A DNA stretch of 64,000 nucleotides from positions 1-64,000 of IMG/VR virus record IMGVR_UViG_3300046799_000011. One strand, written 5' to 3'. Of the stretch, positions 63,558 to 64,000 are shown piece by piece (the first letter of the stretch is position 1; each line of letters opens with the position of its first letter). The notes under the pieces were generated by a model. The model worked only from the letters and a program-made list of their open reading frames with translations. It was not told the origin of the DNA and ran no database searches. This DNA is from a virus. The translations under genes and the position numbers were made by a program.

Positions 63558-64000
63558 TTATAGTGCTCCAGTTGCTGAATACTTCTGAATAATACCAACG
63601 CGGCCTACACTACCAGCACTAGGACCAGTGGCTACAGAATGACAGATACGTGTAAGAGATCCGTCACCATTGCGAGTGTATTTGTATACATCGATATTAG
63701 CATTTACATCTACTAAGATTCTGTCTTCATCTTCTAGCCGAGTCCAGGAAGCCAATGAAGTATCTACACCTCCGTTTACTCTACGTAAGCTGGTTCTTGT
63801 AACGTAGTAGAAGTTCAGACTGTCTTGCCAATCGAATATAACTCCGTGAGTCTTATGCCCCGTGTCTGTATAGTCCGTGGCAAAAGTTACACCTAATCTG
63901 CCGCGTGTATTTCCTACATCCAAAGTCAGATATAAATACGCAGTAGTGCCCGCTGCTACCTGGTCAACCCAAGCCATACCATAACTTGAACGCCATAGAC
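63558..64000 (-). CDS. tail-region protein, C-terminal part (5'-truncated)
   Basis: Frame open to window edge; beta-rich. Confidence 0.6.
   Translation of the reverse strand, partial: LWRSSYGMAWVDQVAAGTTAYLYLTLDVGNTRGRLGVTFATDYTDTGHKTHGVIFDWQDSLNFYYVTRTSLRRVNGGVDTSLASWTRLEDEDRILVDVNANIDVYKYTRNGDGSLTRICHSVATGPSAGSVGRVGIIQKYSATGAL

Overview
A 64-kb segment of a large lytic dsDNA actinobacteriophage. The host is most likely Streptomyces, judging from host-like Rpf, NlpC/P60, TerD, WhiB and GH25 proteins and HrdB-type TTGACA-N17-TAGAGT promoters. Layout: (1) 1-2.1 kb, end of a + strand operon (HAD protein, Rv2179c-like exoribonuclease, tiny zinc-ribbon peptides); (2) ~2.1-2.9 kb, non-coding; (3) ~3-19 kb, early/accessory region of small genes in two convergent operons (includes TerD and an ArdA-like protein); (4) ~19.8-30.4 kb, minus strand: TGT-like fusion, nucleotidyltransferase, GH25 endolysin, Rpf-LysM plus NlpC/P60, small basic proteins, SpoVS; (5) ~30.4-60.7 kb, minus strand DNA and nucleotide metabolism (RuvC, ThyX, Cas4-like nuclease, WhiB, RNA ligase, RecA, class II RNR, DNA polymerase A, SSB, HNH, primase, DnaB, PNK, HIT, DnaC); (6) 61-64 kb, tail genes. 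The most striking non-coding signal is 16 intergenic RNA hairpins of near-fixed geometry punctuating the early operons. They match the RNase III substrate consensus, and some carry conserved apical cargo structures. Also notable: a secreted Rpf plus NlpC/P60 operon, a bipartite 58-bp-spaced DNA element family, and two promoter plus AT-rich plus 20-bp inverted-repeat elements. All protein calls are by motif recognition, not database search. No tRNA, CRISPR array or integrase was recognised.
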